Of a stretch of 55,614 bases of DNA, positions 29,417 through 39,126 are shown in pieces (position 1 is the stretch's first letter; each line of letters begins with the position of its first letter). The translations under genes were made by a program, and so were the position numbers. The notes beneath the pieces are model-generated. The model saw only the letters and a program-made list of their open reading frames with translations. It was not told where the DNA came from and did no database searches. The DNA comes from Thermoprotei archaeon (GTDB taxonomy: Archaea > Thermoproteota > Thermoprotei > Thermoproteales > B15-G16): positions 1 to 55,614 of the forward strand of contig QMRC01000012.1 of assembly GCA_003649205.1 (NCBI GenBank), read 5' to 3'.

Positions 29417-31044
29417 GGAAGCTAGGTGTCGTCATTGATGTTAATGGGTTGAAGATTAAGTTTCGCATTAGTGAAGGTGCTGTGGTTGAGCGTGGTCAAT
29501 TGTGTAAGGTAGTCTCTAATGGCGTTAAGTACGTACTCAAGGTTGTTGACTTTAGACCTGAGACACTACTCTCAACAGCTGAAATCGCTAGACTGAGCAA
29601 GAGAGTAGACTACGAGGAAGCTGAGTTAGATCTAGTGTATGACGGTGTTAGGATCTTCAATACCGCAATAGCAACCCTCGTATGTGAGATCTCTGACGAC
29701 GGTACTGTACACAAGCCACTATCTTCACCACCACTATTTTCAGAGGTGTACGAAGTTGATGAGAATGACCTTAAGCAACTTAACCTCAGTAGTGGTGACC
29801 TAGCTATAGGTACTGTTAGATTGGGGAGAAGAGCAACAAGCATACCGGTCACCCTCAACGGAAGTAAGGCCTTTCCACACCATGTGCTTATATGTGCAGC
29901 AACTGGTGGGGGTAAGACTAATTTAGCTAAGGTACTATCACTAGCCGTCATGAATGCTAACGAGAATTCAGGAGAGCGGAAGTACTCACTCATTGTATTC
30001 GATTGTGAAGCTGAGTACTTCGACGGTGGTGATCCCAGTCACCTAGGTCTAGTGCACTCACCTCTATCAGAGAAATGGCTATACCTCATCAGCAACAGAG
30101 TTTCTAGACCATGCAAGCTCAAGTATGTATTCAGGTACGGTAGAGTTGAGGTCGAGAGATACATCGAAGCACACCCACTAGCAATACCGTATAGCGAACT
30201 GAGACCAGAAGACATGGTACTTACAGGTGACTTCACACCAGCACAAGAGGAACTTATGTGGCTTGCGTGGAAGGTAAAGGAAAGTGATTGGTTAAGTTTC
30301 TTACTAAATTCAGCACCAGACACAATATTTTGTGTACTAAGGAAGGAAGTACATAAGAACACGATACTTACACTGAAGAGAAAGCTCAAGTACTTCCTGG
30401 GACATGGAGAAGTCTTTAGACAGGAAACAGAACACAACCTCATCCCCACTCTACTAGAGAAGATAGCTGAGGGAAAGGTAGTACTAATCGAGGTAACACA
30501 TCTATCAGAAGGTGAGGAGAAGCTACTCGCCACAGTAATTGCTAGTAGGATATTCAAGTTTTACGAGGGTACTAGAAAGAGGAAACCAGATACCTGGATT
30601 CGGCTACCTACGGTAGGTATCTTAGTTGAGGAAGCACACAGGTACCTCTCGAAAGAACTAGCAGAAAGGTATCGCGAAAACATATTTTCAGTAATTGCGA
30701 AGAGAGGTAGAAAGTACAGGGTAGGATTAATACTCATTACACAGATGCCTGGTGAACTACATGAAACAGTAATAAGGCAAAGCCTCACTAAGATCATACT
30801 ACCACTACCAACGAAACCAGATTACAGCAAGGTAATACACTACAGTCCATACCTCGATGAGTCTGAGAACGAGATAAAGACTCTAGAGAGAGGAGAGGCT
30901 CTAGTTGTTAGCACACCTTCAGGATATAGATTTGCTGTACCAGTTAAGGTGTATAGGTTTGAGGACTTAGTACTAGATCAGTTAAATGCTGAGATTAAGC
31001 TGAGAGAGTTAATGAAGGCACCACTCTACTCGCAATCTAGTTAA
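29413..31044 (+). CDS. herA: HerA-family ATPase/helicase (HAS barrel plus DUF87-type ATPase)
   Basis: HVLICAATGGGKTN, FDCEAEY, ILVEEAH, KRGRKY and ITQMP; GTGA overlap with nurA. Confidence 0.92.
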   Translation: MRKLGVVIDVNGLKIKFRISEGAVVERGQLCKVVSNGVKYVLKVVDFRPETLLSTAEIARLSKRVDYEEAELDLVYDGVRIFNTAIATLVCEISDDGTVHKPLSSPPLFSEVYEVDENDLKQLNLSSGDLAIGTVRLGRRATSIPVTLNGSKAFPHHVLICAATGGGKTNLAKVLSLAVMNANENSGERKYSLIVFDCEAEYFDGGDPSHLGLVHSPLSEKWLYLISNRVSRPCKLKYVFRYGRVEVERYIEAHPLAIPYSELRPEDMVLTGDFTPAQEELMWLAWKVKESDWLSFLLNSAPDTIFCVLRKEVHKNTILTLKRKLKYFLGHGEVFRQETEHNLIPTLLEKIAEGKVVLIEVTHLSEGEEKLLATVIASRIFKFYEGTRKRKPDTWIRLPTVGILVEEAHRYLSKELAERYRENIFSVIAKRGRKYRVGLILITQMPGELHETVIRQSLTKIILPLPTKPDYSKVIHYSPYLDESENEIKTLERGEALVVSTPSGYRFAVPVKVYRFEDLVLDQLNAEIKLRELMKAPLYSQSS

Positions 31045-31093
31045 TTCTTGAACACCCTAAATTGAGAAAGTAACTAGGTACTACGGAGTTAAC

Positions 31094-31510
31094 ATGTTGA
31101 ACAGAGAAGAATCTACAGTGAAGATACTTGATGAATGTCTTGAAAGAGCTAAACATGAAGTTAAGAGAATGAGGTATGTTAGGGTACTCGTACCTAGGTA
31201 CGAGATAATTGAGGTATTACCTGAGGAGCTTGATTTAGGTAATGAGCTTGTTATTGAAGCTATCTTCAAGCCCCTGGTCAAGAGGAGAAGTGAGAGATAC
31301 AGGTTGAAGAGGGAATTGGATGAGTTATGGAGGAGAGATGTCGTCAAGTACCTTTCTCACGACAATGTCGTTGTAGTTGGTAAAGGTATGAAAGTTGTGA
31401 AGTGTTTAGATCAAGACTGTAGGTCATGTAGGTACTATGAGCTGTGTAGAGGTGCTTTAAAGGATTTCACTCAGGAAGTTAAGTATGCTAAATGCAATGT
31501 GAATACCTAG
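31094..31510 (+). CDS. hypothetical protein with C-terminal Cys cluster
   Basis: CLDQDCRSCRYYELC; 3' end overlaps the convergent gene. Confidence 0.55.
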   Translation: MLNREESTVKILDECLERAKHEVKRMRYVRVLVPRYEIIEVLPEELDLGNELVIEAIFKPLVKRRSERYRLKRELDELWRRDVVKYLSHDNVVVVGKGMKVVKCLDQDCRSCRYYELCRGALKDFTQEVKYAKCNVNT

Positions 31511-32245
31511 GAATCTATAGAGTACATACCCGATAGTTATGTAGACTATCATCGGGACACCATACATAACGAGTACTTCGTCATCTCTCCCAAGTAGTCC
31601 CCTCTCAAGTGCTTGCTTCACTTCCTCTGCTAACTTATCCTGATCTTCAATCCTAATACTCAGTAGGTACCTCTTCTTTTCTTCGGCTGGTAGCTCAACG
31701 AGAAAGTACTTGAAGTGTTCAGATAGGTACTTACTCACTGGTACGTAGTATGATGTGAGAAAGAGCATAGCCTTGGTAAAGACATCTGCATTCGGTGCGA
31801 AGGTTCGGCGTCTCTTGAAGATCCAGACTACATTTCGAAGTACTACATATGGTATTAACGTTATGGCGGTTACGAGAACAGCATTTATCAATACAACTAC
31901 AGGTGTTGCTTCGAGACATGTTAGGAGAATGTAGCTGATTTCCATAGTCTTAGGTATGTTCTCTGGTAGTACTAGAGCTAGTATAGCTAGCGCCTTAGCG
32001 TCTGCTCCCCCCATGATTTGTGCGAGGTATATCGCTAACGATAGTAGTAGTCCAAATACTGTGGCAATTACCTTCGTTAAGTAGGGACTAGAGATTAAGT
32101 CAAGTACTAAGACAGGTACCGTTACGATAGCTGCGATCATCCATATTCTATCATCTATCTCCCGCGTCTTGATATCCTGTATAGACGCTACAATCAGTAA
32201 AATGAGGATTACCAGGTCCCTAATTTGATGGAGTAGTACGAACAT
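31457..32245 (-). CDS. prepilin/prearchaellin peptidase (A24, FlaK/PibD-like)
   Basis: ASIQDIKTREIDD, MGGADAK and C-terminal GVPMIVYITIGY. Confidence 0.9.
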   Translation of the reverse strand: MFVLLHQIRDLVILILLIVASIQDIKTREIDDRIWMIAAIVTVPVLVLDLISSPYLTKVIATVFGLLLSLAIYLAQIMGGADAKALAILALVLPENIPKTMEISYILLTCLEATPVVVLINAVLVTAITLIPYVVLRNVVWIFKRRRTFAPNADVFTKAMLFLTSYYVPVSKYLSEHFKYFLVELPAEEKKRYLLSIRIEDQDKLAEEVKQALERGLLGRDDEVLVMYGVPMIVYITIGYVLYRFLGIHIAFSILNFLSEIL

Positions 32246-32298
32246 GTGACTTACGCCCTCCCAAAAGGTATTTAATGGTGTTTTTCGAAGTTATTCCC

Positions 32299-32355
32299 TG
32301 GTGATGATTCGCTGTCCCCACCCTGAGCGGTGAAGGGCCTCCCCCTTTACTGATC
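32299..32355 (+). ncRNA. box C/D guide sRNA targeting the 16S helix 41 region
   Basis: GTGATGA-TTCGCTGTCCCCACC-CTGA-gcg-GTGAAGG-GCCTCCCCCTTTA-CTGA. Guides are complementary to recalled 16S GGGGACAGCG and AAAGGGGGAGGC. Confidence 0.93.
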
Positions 32356-32816
32356 TACTCTTCCTGTTGCTCAATTATTACAGGTGAGATCTCTCTAGTT
32401 AACGTACTTAAGGAGTAAGCTACTCTACACAACTTCCCAAGTAACTCAAGCAACTTTGCCGAGACTTCAGGATAGCTCCTATGAACACCGATGTTCTCTA
32501 TCATGGAGGCTATGGCCTCTAGACAAGTAGCAACCTCCTTTAGACTACTTGTATATGTCTTAATGACGTACTCACTCTCTTCCTTTGACAGCGCTGAGTA
32601 GACGAGTGGTATAACTGACTTAACTCTAGACAACCAATAAGCAACATCATCAACTACCAAACCCATTACGTGGTACTTGGTATCTCTGGAGATGAGCGCT
32701 ATTGAGAGTAGTACTGTTGAAAGATCTTCGAGTTCCCTAACGTTTCCTCTAATAACTTCCTTAGCTACATTCCTTATGAAGTTAGCTAAGTCTCTACAGG
32801 AAACTACCGTCTCCAC
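32355..32816 (-). CDS. hypothetical helical protein
   Basis: 153-aa ORF coupled to the upstream ORF. Confidence 0.7.
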   Translation of the reverse strand: METVVSCRDLANFIRNVAKEVIRGNVRELEDLSTVLLSIALISRDTKYHVMGLVVDDVAYWLSRVKSVIPLVYSALSKEESEYVIKTYTSSLKEVATCLEAIASMIENIGVHRSYPEVSAKLLELLGKLCRVAYSLSTLTREISPVIIEQQEE

Positions 32817-33124
32817 CTAACTTCTCTCCTCCTTCTCCTACCCATAGATATCATTGTGTAGAGCCTGACAACGTACTCCTTCAAATCCTCAATTATGCTA
32901 AGTAACTCATATATCCTCCTCTTCTCCTCCTCTGACATCGCAACCTCAAGAGCTTTCTTAAGCATACGCTCAGTAACGAGAAGCTCAAGGGCTAGGTTAC
33001 CTAGTTCATCAGGACTAACCCTCTCATACCCCTGAGAAATTAAGCTACGAAACCTACTCCTAACCCTCTCAATTCTCTGCTCACAGACAAAAACTATCCT
33101 TATCTCAGCAACATCAAAGCTCAT
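32804..33124 (-). CDS. hypothetical helical protein
   Basis: 106-aa ORF, ATG start, in operon context. Confidence 0.7.
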   Translation of the reverse strand: MSFDVAEIRIVFVCEQRIERVRSRFRSLISQGYERVSPDELGNLALELLVTERMLKKALEVAMSEEEKRRIYELLSIIEDLKEYVVRLYTMISMGRRRRREVRWRR

Positions 33125-33140
33125 AGTGGACCCAGCTTCA

Positions 33141-33428
33141 CTAGGTTTGCGTCCTAGAGTAGATTAACTTTTTTCTCAAACACCTACTCAAGTACATACA
33201 GGTCAACTTGTACCAGAGGCATAGCCATAGACCAGCAAGAGCAAAAGCGATGAAGTGAACAAGTAATTTGAGGAATTTGCCGTGAGCTATATCAACTAGG
33301 TAATTCACCAGTACTAGAATACCCATGAGTAACGACCAAACACAGACTATTATCGCTATGAGAGGTACAGTATTCCTTAACCAGCTACGTGAACTCTCAT
33401 TAATAGGCTCGATATAATGGCTAGACAA
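33141..33428 (-). CDS. small two-TM membrane protein
   Basis: Two hydrophobic segments; overlaps the aglH 3' end. Confidence 0.6.
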   Translation of the reverse strand: MSSHYIEPINESSRSWLRNTVPLIAIIVCVWSLLMGILVLVNYLVDIAHGKFLKLLVHFIAFALAGLWLCLWYKLTCMYLSRCLRKKLIYSRTQT

Positions 33429-34408
33429 CAGGAAACCACCTCAAGCACAGTAACTGATAGGACAATATCTCTCTCACATAGGGGACCCCTAGCTAAAATC
33501 AATCTAACTAAGGTCATTGGTGCTCTTGGATCGGGATTAGCCTCAATTACTCCATCATCTCTAACAACTGTAGGCCTTAAAGCTATTTTCCTCCTCTCTT
33601 TCAATCCCTTGACAGAAGTTATCACGTAGAATCCATTCATTATGTGAGGTAGTAAGGTAACTATTGTTGGGAACTCCATACCGAAGATAACTGCGTAAGC
33701 ACCTAGTGCTGCACCTACAGCTATTGTACCTACATCGCCATTGAAGACCTTAGCTGGGTACTTGTTGTAGGGTAGGTAACCAAGTAGTAGGCTAGCTAGC
33801 ATAAGTGCTACTAGAGCAGCATCGTACTTACCCAATATGGTGGCAGAGATCGCCAAGGAGGTAAATGCTAGACTACAGGTAATCGGCATGATACCATTCA
33901 TAACATCGAGCATATTAACAGCATTTGCTGGTACGGCAATTGCAAATGGTAGTAGTAACCAGTAAATTATCGTTAATCTCAACCTACCCACTATCGGTAG
34001 GACTGGTCTGCCCAAGGTATATAGACCTATGTAACCACCGTACAGAATTGGTAAGCATGCAAGTACAGTCGATATGACCTTTATTTCTGGTGACAGTACA
34101 TAGAGGTCATCAATTAGTCCAATACAGGCAGCAACGACAAATGTAAGGTAGAGTAGAGTGAGCTTCTTGATGAATACATGGTCTAGAAAGCCTACAAGTG
34201 CTAGTAAGTGAGCTACTAGCACTGTTGCTGTTAGCGATACCAAGAGGGCGGTACCTCCCATCTCTGGTACTAATGGTCTACCTGGTTTGTGCATGTCAGG
34301 AGCTAGTGCACCGAATCTCTTCATTACCTTGATTACCCGTGGTGTGACTACGTACGCTATGAGACCAGGTAGCAAGATGAGTAGTATTGAGGAGAGCATT
34401 ATCACCAC
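33377..34408 (-). CDS. aglH: UDP-GlcNAc:dolichyl-phosphate GlcNAc-1-P transferase (GT4/MraY family)
   Basis: DMHKP..VPEMGG, IGLIDD, NAVNMLDVMNG and NKYPAKVFNGDVG. Confidence 0.88.
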   Translation of the reverse strand: MVIMLSSILLILLPGLIAYVVTPRVIKVMKRFGALAPDMHKPGRPLVPEMGGTALLVSLTATVLVAHLLALVGFLDHVFIKKLTLLYLTFVVAACIGLIDDLYVLSPEIKVISTVLACLPILYGGYIGLYTLGRPVLPIVGRLRLTIIYWLLLPFAIAVPANAVNMLDVMNGIMPITCSLAFTSLAISATILGKYDAALVALMLASLLLGYLPYNKYPAKVFNGDVGTIAVGAALGAYAVIFGMEFPTIVTLLPHIMNGFYVITSVKGLKERRKIALRPTVVRDDGVIEANPDPRAPMTLVRLILARGPLCERDIVLSVTVLEVVSCCLAIISSLLMRVHVAG

Positions 34409-35382
34409 TCGAGAGGTAGCTCTCTTCTCCTACGTTCACCAACTACATCAATTAGGTAACATGCGAGTAGAGGTAGTGCTATTGTGGCATCACACACTAC
34501 ATGTGCTACCTCAGCATCTCTCTTAACCTTACCCCATGTAATAGCTTCATGAGGTCTAGCACCACTAAGTGATCCATCATACTCACTAGCTGTCGTTACA
34601 TAGATTACGTAATCTAGTCCACCACTGAACTGAGACCACCAAATTACGTGATGCTTCGAAATGCCACCACCAAGAACTACAGCACCTAGCTTACTAAACT
34701 TCATCACGATACTAGACAACTCCTCTTCATCGAGTAATGGATCAACTACGAGATCTAGATCACGACCCTTAGTTCTAAGTAAACCTCTGAACGTCAGTAG
34801 GGCTGTACCGAATGCACCGTCTACGAAACCAGGTACGTACATGGGTACTCTACATCGAGAACAGATACCAAGTAGTGAATTCTCCGGCATTAACTTACCG
34901 ATCTCAAATAGTAGCTTCCTACAGCTGACTCTTCTCGGTACTTTATCAACTACCTTCATCAGTAGTTCGTGAACTTTCCTCTCTATGAGTACTCCGTAGT
35001 GCTGCCTTGGTATCAAGACATTACCTAGCCTATGTACTTCCTTCTCAGCAAGCTCTAAGTCACTAGACCAGAAACTCCCTACAAGGTATTGCCCACCATA
35101 GCTTCTCGCTATGTCGTGATCGATGGTGCCTGCAGTCGTCACTACGACATCTACAAAACCTCTCCTAATCAACTCAATCAATACACCACGGGTACCTGTA
35201 GCTACTAAATTTGCTGTGAATGAGAGAAAGATCAAGCAATTACCATCCTTAACCATGTCTGTAAGCACTTTAGCAGCTTCATAGAGGCATTGAGCCATGA
35301 ATCCACCGACAGAGCTAAATTGCTCAATTAAGTCACGTACCTTCTCACCGGGCCTTACCACTATGTCTCTGATGGGCTTCAT
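34402..35382 (-). CDS. dys: deoxyhypusine synthase
   Basis: SFTANLVATG, TTAG, GGGISKHH and DGSLSGARPHEAITWGK (catalytic Lys present). Confidence 0.96.
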   Translation of the reverse strand: MKPIRDIVVRPGEKVRDLIEQFSSVGGFMAQCLYEAAKVLTDMVKDGNCLIFLSFTANLVATGTRGVLIELIRRGFVDVVVTTAGTIDHDIARSYGGQYLVGSFWSSDLELAEKEVHRLGNVLIPRQHYGVLIERKVHELLMKVVDKVPRRVSCRKLLFEIGKLMPENSLLGICSRCRVPMYVPGFVDGAFGTALLTFRGLLRTKGRDLDLVVDPLLDEEELSSIVMKFSKLGAVVLGGGISKHHVIWWSQFSGGLDYVIYVTTASEYDGSLSGARPHEAITWGKVKRDAEVAHVVCDATIALPLLACYLIDVVGERRRRELPLEW

Positions 35383-35392
35383 GTGCTACAGC

Positions 35393-35860
35393 TCACTTCT
35401 TAATTACGTAGAGGTAGATTCTGTGACTCCTCCACTCTTCATAGAGATCCTCAACCTTTACAGGTTTCCATCCAAGAACTTCAAAGTCGTGAGAAACAAC
35501 TCTAGCACCTGGTTTCAACTCCTTTTCTAACTTTGGCCTTAACCTCTCATTAACACTTGTCAAGAGATACAGGAAGACTACATCAGCTTCGCTGATATCA
35601 ACTTCAAAGAAATTCCCGTGAATTACCTTCACTCTATCCTCCAAACCAAGTTCCTTAATCTTCTTGATACACTGCTCATAGAGATCCTTCCTAATTTCAA
35701 TACCTACAGCTCTAGCTCCAAACTCTCTAGCAGCAATTATTAGAACCCTACCATCACCACAACCAAGGTCATAAACGACTTCACCAGGTTTCACCTCAGC
35801 CAGTTGAAGCATTCTCCTAACCACAACCTCAGGTGAGGGCACGAATGGGGCATCGTACAC
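35393..35860 (-). CDS. class I SAM methyltransferase (aKMT-like protein lysine methyltransferase)
   Basis: PFVPSP, YDLGCGDGR, VFLYL and GARVVSHDF. Confidence 0.85.
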   Translation of the reverse strand: MYDAPFVPSPEVVVRRMLQLAEVKPGEVVYDLGCGDGRVLIIAAREFGARAVGIEIRKDLYEQCIKKIKELGLEDRVKVIHGNFFEVDISEADVVFLYLLTSVNERLRPKLEKELKPGARVVSHDFEVLGWKPVKVEDLYEEWRSHRIYLYVIKK

Positions 35861-35909
35861 CCATATCGCCTCCTCACTATGTGAAGGACTTAGTCACGAG
35901 AGGTCTACT

Positions 35910-36377
35910 CTACGTGGGGCTCTTTGTCACCCATTTAATAACGTTATCCTTCAACAGTAACCTAGACACTCTCTTAAAGACAGGAGTACGTACACCGTAT
36001 TCTCTCCTCGCTGTTACAACTACGTGCCCATCGGCAATGAGCTTCTGTAAAACAGCTTCAGCCAACTTCTCATCACCCACAATAGAGACTATGGTACTGT
36101 AGTCAAGCTCTTCACCAGGACTCCACACTCTTAAGAGCTTTGAAACAACTTCCTCAACTTTCTTCCTCTCAACATCATCAACAGCAAGGTACCTGTAAGC
36201 TACATCACTCGACATATGCAAATCACGAAGCCTACACTTAAGGGCAATAAGGAGATCACGGATCTGAAGCAACTCATCCCTAATACCTTCTAGCTCCTCC
36301 CTTAGTACATCATCTCCAGCTCTTTCAATAACACGTTCCAATCTCTCTAAGACACTGTTCACTCGATTAATTATCAT
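35910..36377 (-). CDS. hypothetical coiled-coil / winged-helix-like protein
   Basis: Heptad N-terminus; LQKLIADGHV wHTH-like C-terminus. Confidence 0.65.
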   Translation of the reverse strand: MIINRVNSVLERLERVIERAGDDVLREELEGIRDELLQIRDLLIALKCRLRDLHMSSDVAYRYLAVDDVERKKVEEVVSKLLRVWSPGEELDYSTIVSIVGDEKLAEAVLQKLIADGHVVVTARREYGVRTPVFKRVSRLLLKDNVIKWVTKSPT

Positions 36378-36422
36378 ACCTAAGCACGGTAATTCAGTAG
36401 AGTAAGTATAAGTAATTCGTAT

Positions 36423-38084
36423 CTACGAGGTTTCCTGGATATCACGAGAGTATTCTCTCAATACTTCACTAAGCGCAATATCCTCCTTAACCGCATCCTC
36501 AAGAAGTAATAACGCTTCAAGTAACTCCTTCAAACTCTCAACCCTACCAACCAACTTAGCATCAGCAATACCCTCATCAATCAGTTCCTGGTACTTAGAG
36601 ACATCACCACATACCCTCTTAACCTCACTCCTCAACTCCTCACTACACCTAATTAACCTCCTCAGTACCTCCTCCTTAAACTCACGGATAACCTCAAGTA
36701 CTTTCTTTAACTCTTCACAGTTAGCTATAAACCTAGGTCTGTAAGGGACTTCGTACACCGTCTCATCCTCATTAACAAGTACGTACGTAGCTATGTTATC
36801 CTCACCAACAACATCAACTAATTCAGTACCTTCCTCATAGAGGTATGGATTGACACGAACTAGGTAGCAGTAATCAATGTAGTGTAGAATTCGCTCTAGG
36901 TTGTAGCGTAGTAATCTAGCTGACGTTATTGGGCTAGCTAGAATAACGTACATTGTCCAGATGACACCACTCCTACTCACAGCTTCAAGTGCACGCTCAA
37001 GCTCATCACTAGTTAATCCTCGACGAGTAAAGGCGAGCTCGCTATCATTAAAGAACTCAACACCTAGATCAATGACGAATTTCCTACGTAGATTCTCCGG
37101 AATGTACTTCACTATTTCAGCAGCGTACTCAGGTCTAGTTTGGAACTTAACTATGTGGATGTCATGTATGAGCCCTGTCTCAAGTAACTTATCGAAGAGT
37201 TTCCTGAAGTTCTTCGGTGTAACTGCATCATCAACAAGTACCACGCTAACTCTCTTAACGTAGGGTAGAGCTAGGAAGTAGTCAAGAGCATTCTCTATAT
37301 CCTTGATAACCCTATCAACATCGAAGAAAGTTAATCTCCTAACTACCTCATGAAAATCACTACCATAGACCTCCCTATACTCCTTAATCATCCTCGCAAT
37401 ACTACAGTAGACACAACCAGATACGTAGTATCGTGGGCAAGGTGCTAGTGCACCTACTACAGGAACGAGAACACTACCCCTCTCAACGTAATCTCTAGGG
37501 TCAAGACCATAGCTCTCTAGATCCCAATCAACTAGTGGTATCTCACAGGGTTTAGGCACTTCCTCAAGACCTGTAGACACCAACTCATTACCACACTTAA
37601 GGACTAGACCACGGACGTGCCTCAACTCACTGAATTCACCAGCTAGGAGGTCCTCTAAATAGGTACTGAATAGATTACTTAACGTCCGTAGAGCTTGCAT
37701 GTGAACTCCACGAATGACGATGTCGACACCAACGTAGAGTAGGTACAGCTGTGGATACACCGTAGGACCCCATCCACCAGCTATGAACTTCACACCAGGA
37801 ACCCTGCTCCTGACCATAGACACTAACTTCCTATCTACAGGAGCACACATCTTAAATGATGAGATACCAACTACATCAAGCTCTCTAATCACCTCATCAA
37901 GTACTGATGGATTGACATCTATCACAATGTCTCCACTATCATCCTCCCTAGCGAACTTGTTTGGATCAAACAACCTAACTCTACAACCCATGTCCTTCAA
38001 TACCTTAGCTACGTATAGAAGCCCTAGGTAGATATCTCGTTCACCATGTGGAGGTGCTATCAAAAGAACATTTACATCAGGCAT
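36423..38084 (-). CDS. B12-binding-domain radical SAM protein
   Basis: VLLIAPP..LGLLYVA, VVGISS and IAGGWGPT; cluster motif CPRYYVSGCVYC (Cx7Cx2C); LVDD and LGVE. Confidence 0.88.
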   Translation of the reverse strand: MPDVNVLLIAPPHGERDIYLGLLYVAKVLKDMGCRVRLFDPNKFAREDDSGDIVIDVNPSVLDEVIRELDVVGISSFKMCAPVDRKLVSMVRSRVPGVKFIAGGWGPTVYPQLYLLYVGVDIVIRGVHMQALRTLSNLFSTYLEDLLAGEFSELRHVRGLVLKCGNELVSTGLEEVPKPCEIPLVDWDLESYGLDPRDYVERGSVLVPVVGALAPCPRYYVSGCVYCSIARMIKEYREVYGSDFHEVVRRLTFFDVDRVIKDIENALDYFLALPYVKRVSVVLVDDAVTPKNFRKLFDKLLETGLIHDIHIVKFQTRPEYAAEIVKYIPENLRRKFVIDLGVEFFNDSELAFTRRGLTSDELERALEAVSRSGVIWTMYVILASPITSARLLRYNLERILHYIDYCYLVRVNPYLYEEGTELVDVVGEDNIATYVLVNEDETVYEVPYRPRFIANCEELKKVLEVIREFKEEVLRRLIRCSEELRSEVKRVCGDVSKYQELIDEGIADAKLVGRVESLKELLEALLLLEDAVKEDIALSEVLREYSRDIQETS

Positions 38085-38187
38085 CGTTCATCCCTGGTAG
38101 AGCCTCAGTAGAAGTTCACTACCGTAAAACTCACAAGGCTACCCTTAAGATTAACTTTATTCTCACACGTAGAGAGTTGCAGCTTAG

Positions 38188-39075
38188 GTGAGCTATGTCT
38201 TGAGGATAGTACCGATAGCATTTGAATCTCTTGGTGTTAGGTCAATGGCAACCTTCATAGAGACACCAGATACCAGGATAGTAATTGACCCAAGTGCAGC
38301 ACTTGCACCACGTAGATTTGGTCTACCACCTCACCCTCTTGAGAAGCAGAGACTTCAAGAACTACTGAAGGAAATTGAGAGATATTGTAGTCAAGCCGAG
38401 GTAGTGATAATAACTCACTACCACTACGATCACCATAATCCAGCACAACCAGAGCTACTTGATGGGAAGTACGTACTAATTAAGCACCCAACAAATCACA
38501 TAAACATATCTCAGAGAATTAGAGCAGCTAGATACCTGAAGTCGATTAGAGAAAGATGTAGATTGAAAGCATTAGAGTATGGAGAGAACAAGGAACTACA
38601 TTTCGGGAATACTAGAGTAAGAACCTCACCACCACTACCACATGGTGCAGATTCAAGATTGGGGTACATATTCATGGTACTCATTGAGTACGGCGATGAG
38701 AAACTACTATTTACCTCCGATGTTGAGGGACCAGCATTGAGAGAACAGGTTGAATGGATTAAACACGTAAGACCAACAGTACTAATACTAGATGGCCCAA
38801 TGACCTACATGCTAGGTCACAGATACAGTAATGACTTACTGAATTTCGCCCTCAACTCAATAGTTGAGATACTTAATGAGTGCCCCATACATACACTGAT
38901 TATAGATCACCATTTTATGAGAGATGTAGAGTACAGGAAGTACGTTAATGAAATTCTCTCAAGAACTAAACGAGATGTAAGTATCGTATCAGCAGCTGAA
39001 TTTCTCGGTAGAGAACCTCTACTACTCGAAGCTAAGAGAAGAGAACTCTATTCCAAGTACCCAGTTAGTCAATAG
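38188..39075 (+). CDS. metallo-beta-lactamase-fold hydrolase (UPF0282-like), paralog of 21741..22826
   Basis: ESLGVRSMAT, ITHYHYDHH, TSDVEG, LDGPMTY and DHHFMR. Confidence 0.9.
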   Translation: MSYVLRIVPIAFESLGVRSMATFIETPDTRIVIDPSAALAPRRFGLPPHPLEKQRLQELLKEIERYCSQAEVVIITHYHYDHHNPAQPELLDGKYVLIKHPTNHINISQRIRAARYLKSIRERCRLKALEYGENKELHFGNTRVRTSPPLPHGADSRLGYIFMVLIEYGDEKLLFTSDVEGPALREQVEWIKHVRPTVLILDGPMTYMLGHRYSNDLLNFALNSIVEILNECPIHTLIIDHHFMRDVEYRKYVNEILSRTKRDVSIVSAAEFLGREPLLLEAKRRELYSKYPVSQ

Positions 39076-39126
39076 AGTTAAGGTAGATAAAGGTCATCCT
39101 ACTTTACTAGAGTAGGTGATTTCACT

